NCBI GenBank assembly: GCA_040954595.2
Contig: CM082584.2
Span: 9,815,061 to 9,879,060, forward strand
DNA length: 64,000 nt
Direction: 5' to 3'
From: Balanoglossus misakiensis
Taxonomy: Eukaryota; Animalia; Hemichordata
A program made the translations under genes and the position numbers. The stretch's first letter is position 1. Every line of letters begins with the position of its first letter. Shown in pieces: positions 41,001 to 53,760 of this stretch. A model generated the notes under the pieces. The model saw only the letters and a list, made by a program, of their open reading frames with translations, ran no database searches and was not told the DNA's origin.

Positions 41001-43237
41001 TATTCTGCACCAGTACTTGCACAAGTTCAGAAGTTACAGCAGATCAGTTCGTTTGCACCACAAGTGTCAAATTGAAATTCTGCACGTTATCATTTGAACT
41101 TCATTACTACCATAAATTAAATGTGAAAAAAGAGGAACATGCTGTGTTGCCTTTGAAACTTAAATGATGCCAAATGTAGATGTGGCATATTGATAGATGA
41201 AAAGTGTAAACCGTTTTGACGGATGGAGTTGGCATATATTGTGCTTGCCATTGGTGGCGCTATCACAGTCTGTTCATGCCAAGAGATGGTATGCATGTTA
41301 CCAACAGTGAACAGGTTTGTGAAGTGATCATTTCGTCAAATGGTTCTGTGTGACACTTATTGTATGGCAGGTTTTCACTGCATAGGACTACATCCTCTGT
41401 AGCCTCTGTGGCATTTGAGTTGACCCTGAAGGTCGATGCCTGTGGATTATTTGTCGTATTTTTTTTCTTTTGATTAGGTGTAACTGCCCCTCTCTGACAA
41501 GACGTCATGTTGCCATAGCCAGGCTCAAGCACCCGGCCAACTTTGGCCGCACGAGTCAGGAAGTGAAATTTGTTCTACTGGTGCTGGCACCAACCAGGGA
41601 GAAAGGCACCAAGAATGCCTTGGAGACGGGCAGGACTTTTGCCACCATCTTTGCCGACATCGATTTCAGACAGAACTTGATGGAAGCACGAACAGGTGGG
41701 TACCTAGCTTTCTTGAGACGCTGCTGGCTGTGTGATGGGTTTCTTGGAAAACATCTACTAAAACCTTAGTGTAATAAACGTGTGCACACACTGCAATGAC
41801 ATCTGAGGTTTGGCCCACTACATGTACATGTGTGAAAGGCATTGAGTGGCCATACTGAATGATCCTTTGTTTTTCATTTCACACATTTGCAGAAGAGGAG
41901 TTCACCAGAATTCTCAATAATCACACTCAGGAACTAGCTGAAGAGCAGAGTAATCCCAAGAAGAAAGTCACAAGTGGGGACGAAGGAGACGACGATGTAA
42001 GATTTTTGGAAATTTGGAACACATTCCAAAGTCCCTACAGTTTTATATATACAAAACAGAACATGAATGGTGCTTTGTACAACATAACTGTAAAGAATTT
42101 TTTTCCCACCGTTGAGACACTTCAACACTCTCATCCAATCAGAAAAGGTCAAATAGAAAAAACAAAAGTCATGTTCTTTCTCTGTGATAGAGGGCGGGCT
42201 ACAAATGTTTAACGTCTTATGGTGCACGAACTCAAAGAATATGTACACTTATGAACATTGGACATTTTTATGATTTTATCTGTTTAGGACACAGGATGCA
42301 GGATTGCTGGGGGGCTTCGTGACGATATTGCGAGGCGCCTTCCCCATTACTTGAGTGATTTTAAAGACGGTATTATCGGCCACAGAACACCGCAGAAAGT
42401 CTTTGCCACCACCATATTCCTCTACTTTGCCTGCATTCTGCCAGCTATAGCATTTGGCGTGCTTAATGATAAGAACACACATGGTATGATAGGTAAGTGG
42501 TGACTGGTAGCAGTGTCTGTTTTCTGTGGCGTGGCAGGACTTTTATGTACGTAGCTGTTGTGTACGTGCCCCTATGTCAGTGTCCTGTATTCAGATTAGG
42601 GCAAAGATGGTGAAAGAGTAATTTGAGATGTGATTCTTGGGATGCCGCCGTTTGAGATATGACCTGCACGGCGTCAAGTAGGAGGAAAAAGAAGTTCTTG
42701 AAAAGATCTGTTTTTAATTTAAGTGCAGTGACCCTGTCACAGTCGATGCGTACATGAATGCTTGAGAAGCCTTGAGAAATATTTTGAGTTTCTGGCCGGG
42801 CTCGTTTGTCCTCATTGATGGTGTCTCTGTCTCTCTTTCAGATGTCAAAAAAGTCATCTTTTCGCAGGCAGTTGGTGGTTTGTTCTTTTCTGTGTTCGGT
42901 GGACAGCCCCTGATTGTGTTGCTGACAACTGCACCTCTGGCTCTCTACATTAAAAGTGAGTCGTTATTTATGTCCTGTGATTGTTTCCGTCAAGTAAGAC
43001 AGTTCAGTGTAGTGCATCCCTGTATACATGTAGTATAATATACTGTACTGTACTGTTCTGTTCTGTACTGTAGTGGGGTGTGCTGTTCTGTTGTATTGCA
43101 GGCTTATTTGAAGGCCATGACTGGTATGACATCTTACAATTGTCTTACAATCTTCAATCATACAAGATGAAGGCCGTGTCTTTGTAGATTATAAATAATC
43201 GGTCAATATTTTTGTATCTCTCTCTCCCTCTCCCTCT

Positions 43238-43271
<34 letters not shown>

Positions 43272-46200
43272 AGTCATTTACACCGTAGCAGAAGACTTTG
43301 ACTTGGAGTTCTTTTCAGTCTATGCCTGTGTCGGAATATGGAATTCCTTCTTTCTCATTTTGTACTCTCTCACTGGTGCCAGCAGGCTCATGAAATGGTC
43401 CACAAGGTAAAGTACACTAATAGCAAAATCATGGCAGTTTTCTCCTCATTCTCAGCATTGAAGTTACATGATCTTTTGCTTTATTGGCCAGCCTGTGTCT
43501 ATTGCTAATTCTTTGTTTTTTTCTTCAGGTCTACAGAAGAGATATTTGCTTTGTTTATAGCCATCGCCTTCTGCGTAGATGCACTGAAAGAGTTGGTACA
43601 TGGTAAGAATCTCCTCCTCTCAGAAATCAAAGATCTATCAACAGTTGTAAAATTACATATGAAATCTGGCTGTCATCCATAAATATAAGATACAAATCAT
43701 CTTTTTGAGCTTTGATGATCACCTTCCTTTTCCCGTGTATAATTCCTTTAATTTCTTTCCCATTTGCGCAAATTCCTAGATTTCCAGATGAACTACATTT
43801 CCGACGCTTGCAGCTGTGAGTCGCCACCGTGCATCAGTAATGAGACCCTAGCGGCGCTCAACTCCACAGAACTTCTGGCTGAAGAGTGTCTCCGCGAGAA
43901 CAGTCTCTTGTATTTGTTGTTGCTGTTAGGTACAGTCTGGTTTGGACTCTTCCTCTTCAACTTCACAAAGAGGTAAAAATTTGGATGAACTCTAGTGAAA
44001 TCAGTTGCCACGTTTTTTGGCCGTTATATTTTTTAAACAAAGAAACTTGATAAGGATGCATGTGGTCGGTCAGATGGAGAGTATTGTCATACTCCTTCCT
44101 GGAAGTGTTGTCAAAGTCTGTGTCAAAATTTAAAAGGTGTTACATGCTAGTTCATGAAATGTAAAGCAGTGTACTGAGTCAAGAAATGAAGAAGATAATA
44201 CTGTTGTTGCGTGTGGAAAAACACAAGTACATTCAATCCAGATTTCTAGTATTTTTCCATAATAAACCCTTTCACCACCATGGTTTGATCCAAATCCATC
44301 GTTTTCTCTGGTAAAGTTGGACCTCTGTAGAGGGAACTGGGGATGAAAGGGTTAATTGCAATCATATATTCATCATTCGTTTTCAGTCCCTTCCTGGATG
44401 CCAACAAGCGTGAGATGCTAGCAGACTATGCATTGCCAGTAGCTGTTATTACAATGTCATTCATCGGATCATTTGTCTTCAAATCAATTGAGTGTAAGTA
44501 AGACCTAACAAGTGACACATCCACATGTTTTCTATGGTGACATTGGACCTCTACACAGGAGAATAGGGGTGAAAGGATTAAATCATGAACACAGTCAGGC
44601 AGTGATGGATCAGCATCTGGTGAAGTCTTGTTTTCCAATTCATAACAGACTAATTCTCATACAGACGTACATCCATAATCGGAACAATTGATGTCACGTT
44701 TTTTTTTTCTACTTGGGAATTTCAGTGCACAAGTTCAACTACTCGGCTGGCAACTTTCTGATCTTGGCGCCGCTCCATAAACTGTCTCCAGCAGCCATTG
44801 CAGGTTGTGCTGTCATTGGATTTCCTCTATCCCTTCTCTTCTTCATGGACCAGAACATCTCCAGTGCATTGGTGAACGCCCCTCTCAACAAGTAAGTCTG
44901 TCCAGATGTTAAGTTAAGTGTATAGTTGCCTGTGTCCAACTTTCACAATATTAAATCGATATTCTTCTTCTTCTTGACTTGTTTCAGGCTGAAGAAAGGT
45001 CCAGCTTTTCACTTGGATCTGTTTGTGGTGGCGGTACTGAATCTGTTTCTGTCCGTATTTGGACTGCCCTGGATTCACGCAGCATTGCCCCACTCACCGC
45101 TGCACGTGCGGGCGTTGGCTGACGTTGAAGAGAGAGTCGATCAAGGTCATGTGCATACCATGTGAGTTCATTCACACATAACAGCACAATATTAGTCTGA
45201 ATTCACATCTTCCAGTTCTGTAGAAATTAAGTCCCGGGTTGTAATTTAAGTGAGGATTAATGAAATTTACTCTGAGAAACTCATCTGATGCTGGATATTG
45301 GGAATATTCATGTACCTCAGGTCATGCACTATATAAACTCATGCATCCATTTGATGTGATCTTTCGTGTAAATGTGTGTGTCACTTTTTTACTTGTACAG
45401 AATATTTTGATATATCAAGAAGGTACGGACAGCTTCAAGTCACAGTTTCACTGTTCATTTCTTTCTTTCCCCGTTGACAGAATTGTGAGAGTTCGGGAGA
45501 CACGACTGACCACCATCTTTTCTCACATCATGATCAGCCTGTCCCTCCTGATGTTGCCCATACCTCTACAGTACATTCCACAGGCTGTTCTCTACGGTCT
45601 ATTCCTGTATGTGGCGTTCACCTCAGTTGATGGCAATCAACTTTTTGACAGGATATTACTCCTCTTTACAGAACAGGTTAGTGGACATCAAGAATATATG
45701 ATCTGTAATTTCGTTGGTCAGATTTTATTATTCAGTACTGCATTCCTACTGCTGTAACCTGTAAAGTTCTATCGTACAATACATATTGTATGTACTGTAC
45801 AATATGTATGCAAATGAGGGCGGGGTTCCCAATATGGAGGCTCCAATATGGCTGACTTTTCCCACTGAAAAAAACCATCGGTGACAAAATGTGAGATTTC
45901 ATGTATTTACATGTGTATTTATTGACTCCTCATTTTCTCTGCAGGCTGCCTATCCACCCAACCATTATGTGAGACGTGTGCCACAGCGCAAGATTCACTT
46001 ATTTACATCCGTTCAGCTGACTCAGCTGGCTTTGTTGTGTGCGTTCGGCTTTGCTCCGTTGGCCTATCTCAAGATGGTCTTCCCAATACTGCTTCTGTCT
46101 CTCTTGCCCATAAGGTATTGAAGACATCAAAAGTTACAGCTAATGTCCCTTGAAACTTCAGTTACAATTTCAGTTGTAGACCAACTTGTAACAAGTTTAT

Positions 46201-46338
46201 TTTTTGCACGCATATTCACTTGTTTCTTACATTGTCATTTCGTTTATAAATGATCTATATCTCTTTTTCCCCAGGCACAAATTGGTTCCTAAAATGGTTG
46301 CCGGAAAGTACCTGGAAGCATTGGACAGAGCCCACTGA
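22470..46338 (+). CDS. SLC4A11: SLC4A11-like (BTR1/NaBC1) SLC4-family transporter, distal-promoter isoform
   Basis: Coding exons: 22470-22833, 37436-37476, 39758-39965 ([13 protein letters not shown]), 40818-40896 (YDQSWIC), 41478-41695 ([23 protein letters not shown]-type region), 41893-41996, 42288-42492 ([30 protein letters not shown]), 42842-42955 ([17 protein letters not shown]), 43274-43406, 43529-43602 ([10 protein letters not shown]), 43780-43972, 44387-44493, 44726-44891 (LFFMDQNI), 44988-45161 ([19 protein letters not shown]), 45481-45676 (VRETRLT), 45945-46114 ([19 protein letters not shown]), 46275-46338. AATAAA at 46481. The link between the first exon and the rest is inferred from phase only. 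Confidence 0.93.
23015..23079. repeat. (ATC)n trinucleotide microsatellite
   Basis: About 21 units; produces the poly-D and poly-M artefact ORFs on the minus strand. Confidence 0.97.
24278..24292 (-). promoter_or_regulatory. CTCF-like binding motif (reverse orientation)
   Basis: AGCGCCATCTAGAGG; its reverse complement CCTCTAGATGGCGCT matches the CTCF core. Confidence 0.5.
24314..24382. repeat. 22-bp tandem repeat, ~3 copies
   Basis: AACTGGTCAGAAACTTGTAAGA x2 plus one degenerate copy. Confidence 0.85.
30591..30598 (+). promoter_or_regulatory. TATA box of a putative internal SLC4A11 promoter
   Basis: TATAAATA immediately before a CpG-rich ~0.9-kb block (30620-31560) that ends in a coding exon. 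Confidence 0.45.
31293..31536 (+). CDS. SLC4A11: Alternative first coding exon of the SLC4A11-like gene ([14 protein letters not shown]...SSRQG)
   Basis: Good Kozak context GTCATGG, GC-rich open frame and strong donor GAG|GTGAGG at 31536/31537 in phase 1, compatible with the phase-1 acceptor at 37436. Confidence 0.65.
44263..44355 (+). mobile_element. ~90-bp MITE-like repeat, copy 3 (most intact), with a partial copy 4 at 44521-44581
   Basis: TAAA-CCCTTTCA...TGAAAGGG-TTAA terminal inverted ends; internal sequence shared with 11595-11686. Confidence 0.7.
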
Positions 46339-47409
46339 GGGAATATCGGGAAAGAGCACAGTTCTGTAGTGACACTCCACTGATTAATTCACCACTCATC
46401 TGAGCCATCTAAAGAAATATCTGGATGGACTTTTTCACTAATCTAGAGAGTGTGCATATCATTCCTGAACCACGATAATCAATAAAAGCAACACACACAT
46501 AATAGACTTAATGTATTCCATGAATATTTTCTTAAGATTGGTTTGATTTCAGCTGGTATTTGTTGTTGTTGTTGTTGTTGCTCCAGTGAAAAGTTTGATA
46601 AGGTTGCCAAACATATGTACATATAAAATGTAAACGTTCTTTTGTGTTAACTTTCTATGAAGGATTTGTTTTGATGTTGAGATTATATTAAGTTATCAGG
46701 ATTTATTGATCTATATATGAAGATAAAGTACAAATGGTGTGTGGATTTCAAAGAAATAGTTTGAAGCCACTGCTTTGTGCTGTTATTTGTTTATTTTTTG
46801 GTATATGTTGTTGCAGAAAGCAAGCTAAGCAGAAATCATTACAAAATCTGTATCAAAACCAGCTGTTTATGACAGAATAAGTGTTGTGTTGAATATAATA
46901 CAGAGGTGTGGTCTTTGACTGGTTTGGGGCAATCGACAAATGAGGTCCTTCGGCCAATTCACCGCAGTTTGCAGCCAATTTACGTTCAGAGGCTTTTCTG
47001 GACGGACATAGCAACCAGTAGCATGCGACTACGTGCGTCTACTAAGACTGTGCGTGTTCCTGCTGGTCGGCCTTTTTTCATCGCCGACGAACACGAAGAA
47101 TACGCGTGCGCAGCGTGGCAGCGATTTTTATCCGAGTACAAGTCTGGCGTTCAGGGAGTACGTCGTTCTTGGTGTTCTGATGCCAAACTTTCCCGCGAAT
47201 CTGATCATTTTCGTGGTCGTCTATCTGATCTCCGAGGTTGTCCAAATGGTGTTCGTTTTGAAGTCGAACGAACTGTAGATATATCAGTACATGTATATTG
47301 GAACTGTTGTGCCGCACTCACACACACTGCAAAGAACTTTAATAATCAGCTGGTGGCCTCGACCCTTAATGTGAACGTGATGTCAACGCTATGTCACTGT
47401 CAGGCCACC

Positions 47410-47565
47410 TCTGTCTGTCTCTGTGTCTTTGTCTGTCTGTCAGTCTGTCTCTGTGTATCTCTCTGTCTCTGTATGTCTGTCTGTTTCTTTTTCTGTCGCT
47501 CTCTGTCTCTGTCTGTCTCTCTCTATATATATCTATCTATCTATCCATCTATCTCTCTCTCTCTC
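47410..47565. repeat. CT/GTCT/CTAT low-complexity microsatellite tract
   Basis: Directly visible; explains the SLSLS and VCLSV ORFs. Confidence 0.85.
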
Positions 47566-48726
47566 GTTCCAACAGGTTGATGTTGAGCATAGCAACACGA
47601 CGTTGAATAAAGCCAGATAACTCAACAGCGCGCACATATTTCTATGTGTATACGTAATTCCCCCGATACAAGGTTACCATGACTACACCGCTTACAGATA
47701 AATGAAAATAAAATTAATAGGAATACAGTCGTTTATAAACGTGAAATATTCAAAAATAGCATCCGTCGACACCATAAAACAATCATACACACCGTCTGTT
47801 CACTGGGGTTGGGTGGGGGGGGGGGGGCGAAAATGCAGACTGAAATGATCATAATGTAATTTGAATACAAAGTCATTTTCTCCTTGACCTCACGAACTAC
47901 ATTTATTACCATCACCTACAAAACTGACTGTCACCCCATTGTAGCGCCCCAGCCTTCACACCGCGACCTTTCAAGTTCACATAAAGGTCACACTGGTTTT
48001 GTACGTACAAAGTCCTCATTGATGATTGCTGTGGGACTCAGGGACTTTGCTCTGAAAAAGCTCTGCATGTACCTCTATAGGCGGACCAGCGTTAAATTTT
48101 AAAAGGCTAAAATATTACTGTATCTATTATTGACGGCTAGGAATTTTGTAATTGTTTTGTTGTATGTAATATCGTTATTCTTCTCACTAAACAATGGTTT
48201 CGGTGTGCGCAGGCGCGGATGTTAAAAATGCCTGATTTTATTGCGTCTTCCCTGAACCGTAAATGTTAATGTTCGTATAACTGTATCGCCTGCTTATAAC
48301 GATCTAGCATTTCAGTGGGAAGAATCAGTGGACACATTTTAATGTGAAACAGGGAGACACAATATTTCCATTGATCAACAAGGCGCACTTCTCAATGAAT
48401 AGGTTTCTCTACATTTCGAATCTGAATAGAACTTAAACCATCTGTCAATATATTTTGCGGGTGTACAAATGATAGTTTATTTATCGGAGTTTGCATTTTA
48501 CTTTCTCTGCTATATGGATAAAAACGATTCGCCGTGAACGTGACCTGACGTGTTAGCTCTGTTCATCAGCTGCCCGTGTGACCGTGACCGTCGCATGTTA
48601 GACGTGATGACTGGGGCTCCTTGAATGTCTAACCTGGAAAGGGTCACGGTCTCTCCGTCTACGCATGCGTGACAATATCCTAAGGCCGTATATAGGGGGT
48701 GTGTATTTCTTTTGTTATAGCTATGG

Positions 48727-48734
48727 TATAAATA
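48727..48734 (+). promoter_or_regulatory. TATA box upstream of the lactonase gene
   Basis: TATAAATA ~85 bp upstream of the ATG at 48816; TGACGTG half-CRE motif near 48546. Confidence 0.5.
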
Positions 48735-48815
48735 AAGTTGCGCACAACCAGGGTTATTTTTTGTTTTGGCTGTGGAGCAATGTGTTCTTCGTAGCGATCG
48801 CCCACGAAAGACCAG

Positions 48816-50042
48816 ATGGCGGAAACGGGCGCTCGCCTCCTGTCGCTGCTTTTCTTTCTGTCGCTTGGTCACATTGTGACCAGCGACGACCCGTTCGCTG
48901 TCTACTCCGAGGAATTCTCCGATCTCCTCGGGAAAGAACGGAAATTGGAGGAACTGGCGAAAAGCAGCGACCCGTTGGAGTTCCACGAGGGACCGGTCTA
49001 CTTTCCAGACGACAAGGAAGGTTTTTTGCTATACACGACACAACCGGTTGGCAATTACTCAGACCCGACAACGGAGCCTCTCAATTCCATACGACGATTC
49101 GACATCGCCAGCGGCGAAGTGACGACGTTTAAATCGTCGGCGGATGCCAACATGCCGAACGGACAGTTTCGGGACAAAGACGGTCTCCTCCTGACGTGTG
49201 AACAAGGTTTCGGAGCCGCATCGCCTGGCCGCATCACTCGAACTAATTTAACCAATGGAAATATCGAAACAGTCGTAGATGCTTACTACGGAATGTCGCT
49301 GAACTCGCCCAATGATGTTGTCGTCAAGAGCGACGGCTCCGTCTGGTTCACCGATCCGTCGTACGGATTCCTCCAGTCTTTCCGCCCGAAGCCGCGTGTA
49401 GGCGATTTCGTATATCGCTTCGACGCCAGCGCGGCGGGACCACTGGTGTTGACAGCGGCCGCCGATCATTTCAACAAGCCGAACGGCCTTGCTTTTTCTC
49501 CCGACGAACGGTTTTTGTACGTCACGGACTCGGGTGCCATTCAAGGACCGGGGAGCTGGCATCCCGCTCTGCCGCATCACATCATCCGCTACGACGTTGT
49601 CGACGGCAGACATCTGCGCAACCGACAGCTCTTCGCAGTCGTGGAGAACGCCCCCGGGGCGGGGGAGAATCCCGGAATTCCAGACGGGATAAAACTGGAT
49701 CAGTGCGGGAATGTGTTTGTGGGTGCAGGCGACGGAGTTCAAGTGTTTAATCAAGGCGGTGACCTGATAGGCAAAATCCTGACGCCGACTTTTGTTTCGA
49801 ATCTTGAATTTGGCGGTCAACGCGGCAATGACTTGTACCTCATGGCCAACTCGAATCTGTACCGGGTGACGTTGAACGCTTTTGGGGTGGGCTATCCATC
49901 TGTCCAACGCTGTACAAGTAAATGGACAGCTTTCAGTGAAGGTGTTTTATCAGTACAGGGCCTAGCCCTCGCCATAGTTGCTCTCATGTTCTTGTTTTTG
50001 GCTAAAGAACGCCGCAACGGCAATAACAAACCAAATCACTAA
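48816..50042 (+). CDS. Intronless SMP-30/gluconolactonase/LRE (SGL) family beta-propeller lactonase with signal peptide and C-terminal transmembrane helix, 408 aa
   Basis: Family motifs FHEGPVY, MPNGQFRDKDGLLLTCEQG, LNSPNDVVVKSDGSVWFTDPSYG, FNKPNGLAFSPDERFLYVTDSG, IPDGIKLDQCGNVFV, GDGVQVFNQGGDLIGKI. Hydrophobic N-terminus (LLSLLFFLSLGHIVTS) and C-terminal VQGLALAIVALMFLFLA followed by KERR. Confidence 0.93.
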   Translation: MAETGARLLSLLFFLSLGHIVTSDDPFAVYSEEFSDLLGKERKLEELAKSSDPLEFHEGPVYFPDDKEGFLLYTTQPVGNYSDPTTEPLNSIRRFDIASGEVTTFKSSADANMPNGQFRDKDGLLLTCEQGFGAASPGRITRTNLTNGNIETVVDAYYGMSLNSPNDVVVKSDGSVWFTDPSYGFLQSFRPKPRVGDFVYRFDASAAGPLVLTAAADHFNKPNGLAFSPDERFLYVTDSGAIQGPGSWHPALPHHIIRYDVVDGRHLRNRQLFAVVENAPGAGENPGIPDGIKLDQCGNVFVGAGDGVQVFNQGGDLIGKILTPTFVSNLEFGGQRGNDLYLMANSNLYRVTLNAFGVGYPSVQRCTSKWTAFSEGVLSVQGLALAIVALMFLFLAKERRNGNNKPNH

Positions 50043-53000
50043 TATTACAACAATTGAACAATTGAATCAGTATGCAAATTTGAAAAGCCAGTCCTCAGAA
50101 TAGGGTCATGGTCGTGGTCTGACGATGCTTTATACACGAACATGCGAAAGCACGACAGCCTTCAGAATAGTTGAAGCGCCTCCTTCTATTTTTGCTTTTC
50201 ACGCGATTTTATCTGCTGCTAATTTTCTTGTTTCTTACAACTTCGAGCAAAACAAGAGGCGTAAAAAAGTCTCTACCAGATTGCCATAAATGTCCATGCT
50301 ATCAGTACTTCAACCTTTGTTGTTTATAGCTCACACAGCAAACCGATCTGAGCTCGAATAATCTCTTTTCGGCTGACAACAAACAGTTCTTATACATAGC
50401 CATTTAGAATAGTCATTAAAAATTAGTTTAGCCTTGACTTGGGTAGCACGAAGGATGTTTTACCTTCCGATTATTTACAAATGAGTTTACTTTTTTGATA
50501 ATTTTTTATCAACTGCGTCAAATGGAGCTTCCTTTTGAACGAGTTGACCCACACCACGACAAATGCTGCAGAAAGTAACTTTTAGGTGACTGTTTTTGAT
50601 GACAGTCGCAATTTTCTCTTAAAGAAATGTTAGGAATGTATAATTGTGAGAGTTATATTCACAAAAGGCGTGGTCTGTGTACCTTGTGTTGTTTAGATGA
50701 TGTACAGTGGTTATCTGAAGTTTGGTCGAATCTGATCGTGTGGTACAGTGTATTTGATACGATTTTTAAAATACTTGGATCATTCCATTTTTCAGAAGGG
50801 AGGTTTTGTAAAATCTAAGGGATCTGATTTTAAGCTGATTCTAAAAGTTGTGTGTACGCACGCACATTTTTCTTCATCATCATTTTTCTAACGAGATATT
50901 TAATTTTGTCAACTGACCAGGATGTGAACAGTTTACCTTGCATTAGACAATAAAAAGACCCAAAAGTCCTGTATTTGTGTATGTGATTTCATGATGGGGT
51001 GACTGGTACACACTTATATGGACAAAAGGGTGTCGAATGGTGGTCACTGTCGCACCTTTTTTAGCGTGGCACCCCTATTTTCGAATTGCGAACTCTGGCG
51101 AGATTTTAAGCCAGCGCATAAACATGATAAAGCGATAGCATAACCATCCTTACCTTCTCGGGTCAAATTTGTCAGTTCTACATTTGAACCCCAAATCGTC
51201 CCTGAACGCGTGATCGCACACGAGAAGACACGCAGACAAGGTTGCTGTTAATAACGCAGCTGTTATAACCATAGACTCTATCTATGTAATAACAGAGCTG
51301 GACTGAAAGTAGGAGACAGCCCGGCGAAGTCTAGCTTCTTAATATTAGGCCAAAAATACAGTTTCTGGTCAAAGGTCCTGCTTCGACCCCTTTTCTCTTA
51401 ATTCTGTAGATTGACTCGACGATCCAGAAAATTATTGCAAGATTGCGTGGTTAATCCACCTATCTCTTCTCTGGAGAAAACGATGTTACAGTGACCAGCT
51501 GCAGAAACAACAGTCTCTTTATTACATGTTCTATCCTTACGCCTTGAACGACGATCTGCTGTTAAATGCAACTGCTATAGCCATTCATGATGTCATTGAC
51601 TTTGCTGAAGGACGATTTCTCCAATTACAGACCGTCTCAAGGACCGCGTTTGATCCTTTAAATCCATTAAGATGTCTCCTAGTCTAAGTGGTCCGGGAAC
51701 CCGGGACTGAAGGAGTGTATCATTGTGTGATATTAAAAGAAAATGACATTAGGGCGGCGTGACCTTCCTACGGGCAATTTAATGATGTAGTTCGATATTT
51801 CTTCCTTTACACGGAAAGATTAAACAGTCGCTACCGTCGCCATCTTCTGCCCTATATTCATGATATACGTGTACTTGAATGACACTGAAGCAAGCTGATC
51901 GGGAGAGAGCCCTCTAGAGACTACAGTCAAAATGTTTCTGTAGATTTAGAAAAATGGTATCTGTAAATGGGATCTGCAACCTCTCCGAGACGCTGGAAAT
52001 CTTCCTAAGTCTGGCGAGTTCCCTTTTTTTCCCAAGAATCGGCACACTCAACAATTATATTTTTTGTGAGTTGGACTCATGTGCTTAGGAAAAATGCTAA
52101 AACGTGACCCCCATATTGCATGCTGATGACGTAGCTTTCTGCAATTTTCCAGCGTGCCAATTATTAGTTGGGGGTGAATAACTGCGTTACAATGAATGGC
52201 AGGTACCTGGTATTTAATGCGTGTACGGAGTAACGGGACTCAGTACTTAGTGGGTAAGCGACAATTAAGTTTCTTTTTCTTGTTTGTTGGGTTAAAAAGT
52301 AAGCGATTTCGATCAATATCGAAAGAGGAGCGTTGCAACAGAAACCAGCTGTATCGTTCGTAATTCCATCGGCATATGTCTTACATAACGCGTGCGGTGC
52401 GGTTTTGCAAGGTCGGAGAAATTTGAACCGAGATGAGGCGGTGCTCACGAACAGATAACGCCAAGTTGATCAAAATGATACAAATTAGATTGCATTTCTG
52501 TGGTTTGACTTATTTTCTTGGTTATAAAAAAACTAGGATGGTATTAAGAATCGATATTTTAGAGTTGCCACGGGCCGCCGGTGACTCTGACAATTATGCA
52601 AATTAAATTCATGTCACTGCATATATTTGAAAGTTGATGTTTGGATCCCTCGCTTTGAATTGTGTTGTGCGTTTCGTTCGTATATCGTCCAAAACGCTTA
52701 CAACTATAATATTTCTGGAACAAATTTTCGTTTTAAATTACAGACGATTTTGGTTCCTTATCACCGAAATGCGATATTAAGTGTACTACGTGGCAGTGTT
52801 GTCAATTGCGAGAACATCTAAACGGAGCTGGCGGACGGTGTCCATTTATTTCAGGATTCAATTACCGACATCTATTTGAATCAAGGTTATCGCCGTTATT
52901 ATCAATTCATAAAGCATTGTCGCCACACAAAGTTCCACCATTTAGAATTCGACACATTTGATCCAATCGACAATGAGTTTAGCTGTTGTTGTAATAATAG

Positions 53001-53760
53001 CTCACTGCATTCAAACATATGGTCATGAGAAACTCGAATAACGGGACTTTCAGTCATTATTTCTGCCATGCTTGGAAAAGTTGTTGAAGGAAAAATAAGG
53101 AAAAGAATGATTTTGAAATTCTTGAGAATTAATATGGAGATAAACTACATTTAAATGTATATTAGTATACATATAAGATCGTCCGCATAACCTGATGCAT
53201 ATTATGCAATTATTCTGTCAATTAGCGCTCAATTCATATTCTGTTATGTTCTAATAATACTCTCATCAATTTCAAGGTCGATGTCGCTTAATTAACAGAA
53301 TTTTACTTAAAAGTCCCGTCTGTTTGTACTGATATTATTACAGATTCTGTGCTGTGGTCTACCTGCGTCGGGTGTGCGGAAAGTTATCGGCCAATCAGAA
53401 TTGTCAGTCTAAATTATTAGCCAGACAGTGACAAGCACTCAGTTGCCAGGTGTACGTTGTCTGAACTGTTTGTCCGCGCTGCATTTTCTATTTTTAGCTG
53501 AGACGAACAAAGTGATTCATAAAATTTAAATATATATTGAACATGCAGACGTATTCACACCTGTTGGCGTAAAACTTCCCTGGAAAAAATAAATGTCGCC
53601 ACCAACGGCGGGTATGACAACCAGAACTGTAGAAATTCAGTATTGGTGGTTTCAATGATGTCACCAGCAACTTAGCCTATTTTGAACATGTACTCCGTAA
53701 TCTTTCGGTTTAATCAGAATTTTGAATCGAAACTTGTTATTCTATTTCAGACAATTCGTG

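Noticed and set aside
41246-41262. Further CTCF-like words (also ~4940, ~20582, ~54143)
   Set aside because: Only the GGTGGC/GGGGGC half matches; too degenerate to call.
48510-49907. Long overlapping and antisense ORFs over the lactonase (similarly 1069-1416, 56835-57371, 59388-60098)
   Set aside because: Shadow ORFs of GC-rich coding sequence with no recognisable motifs.
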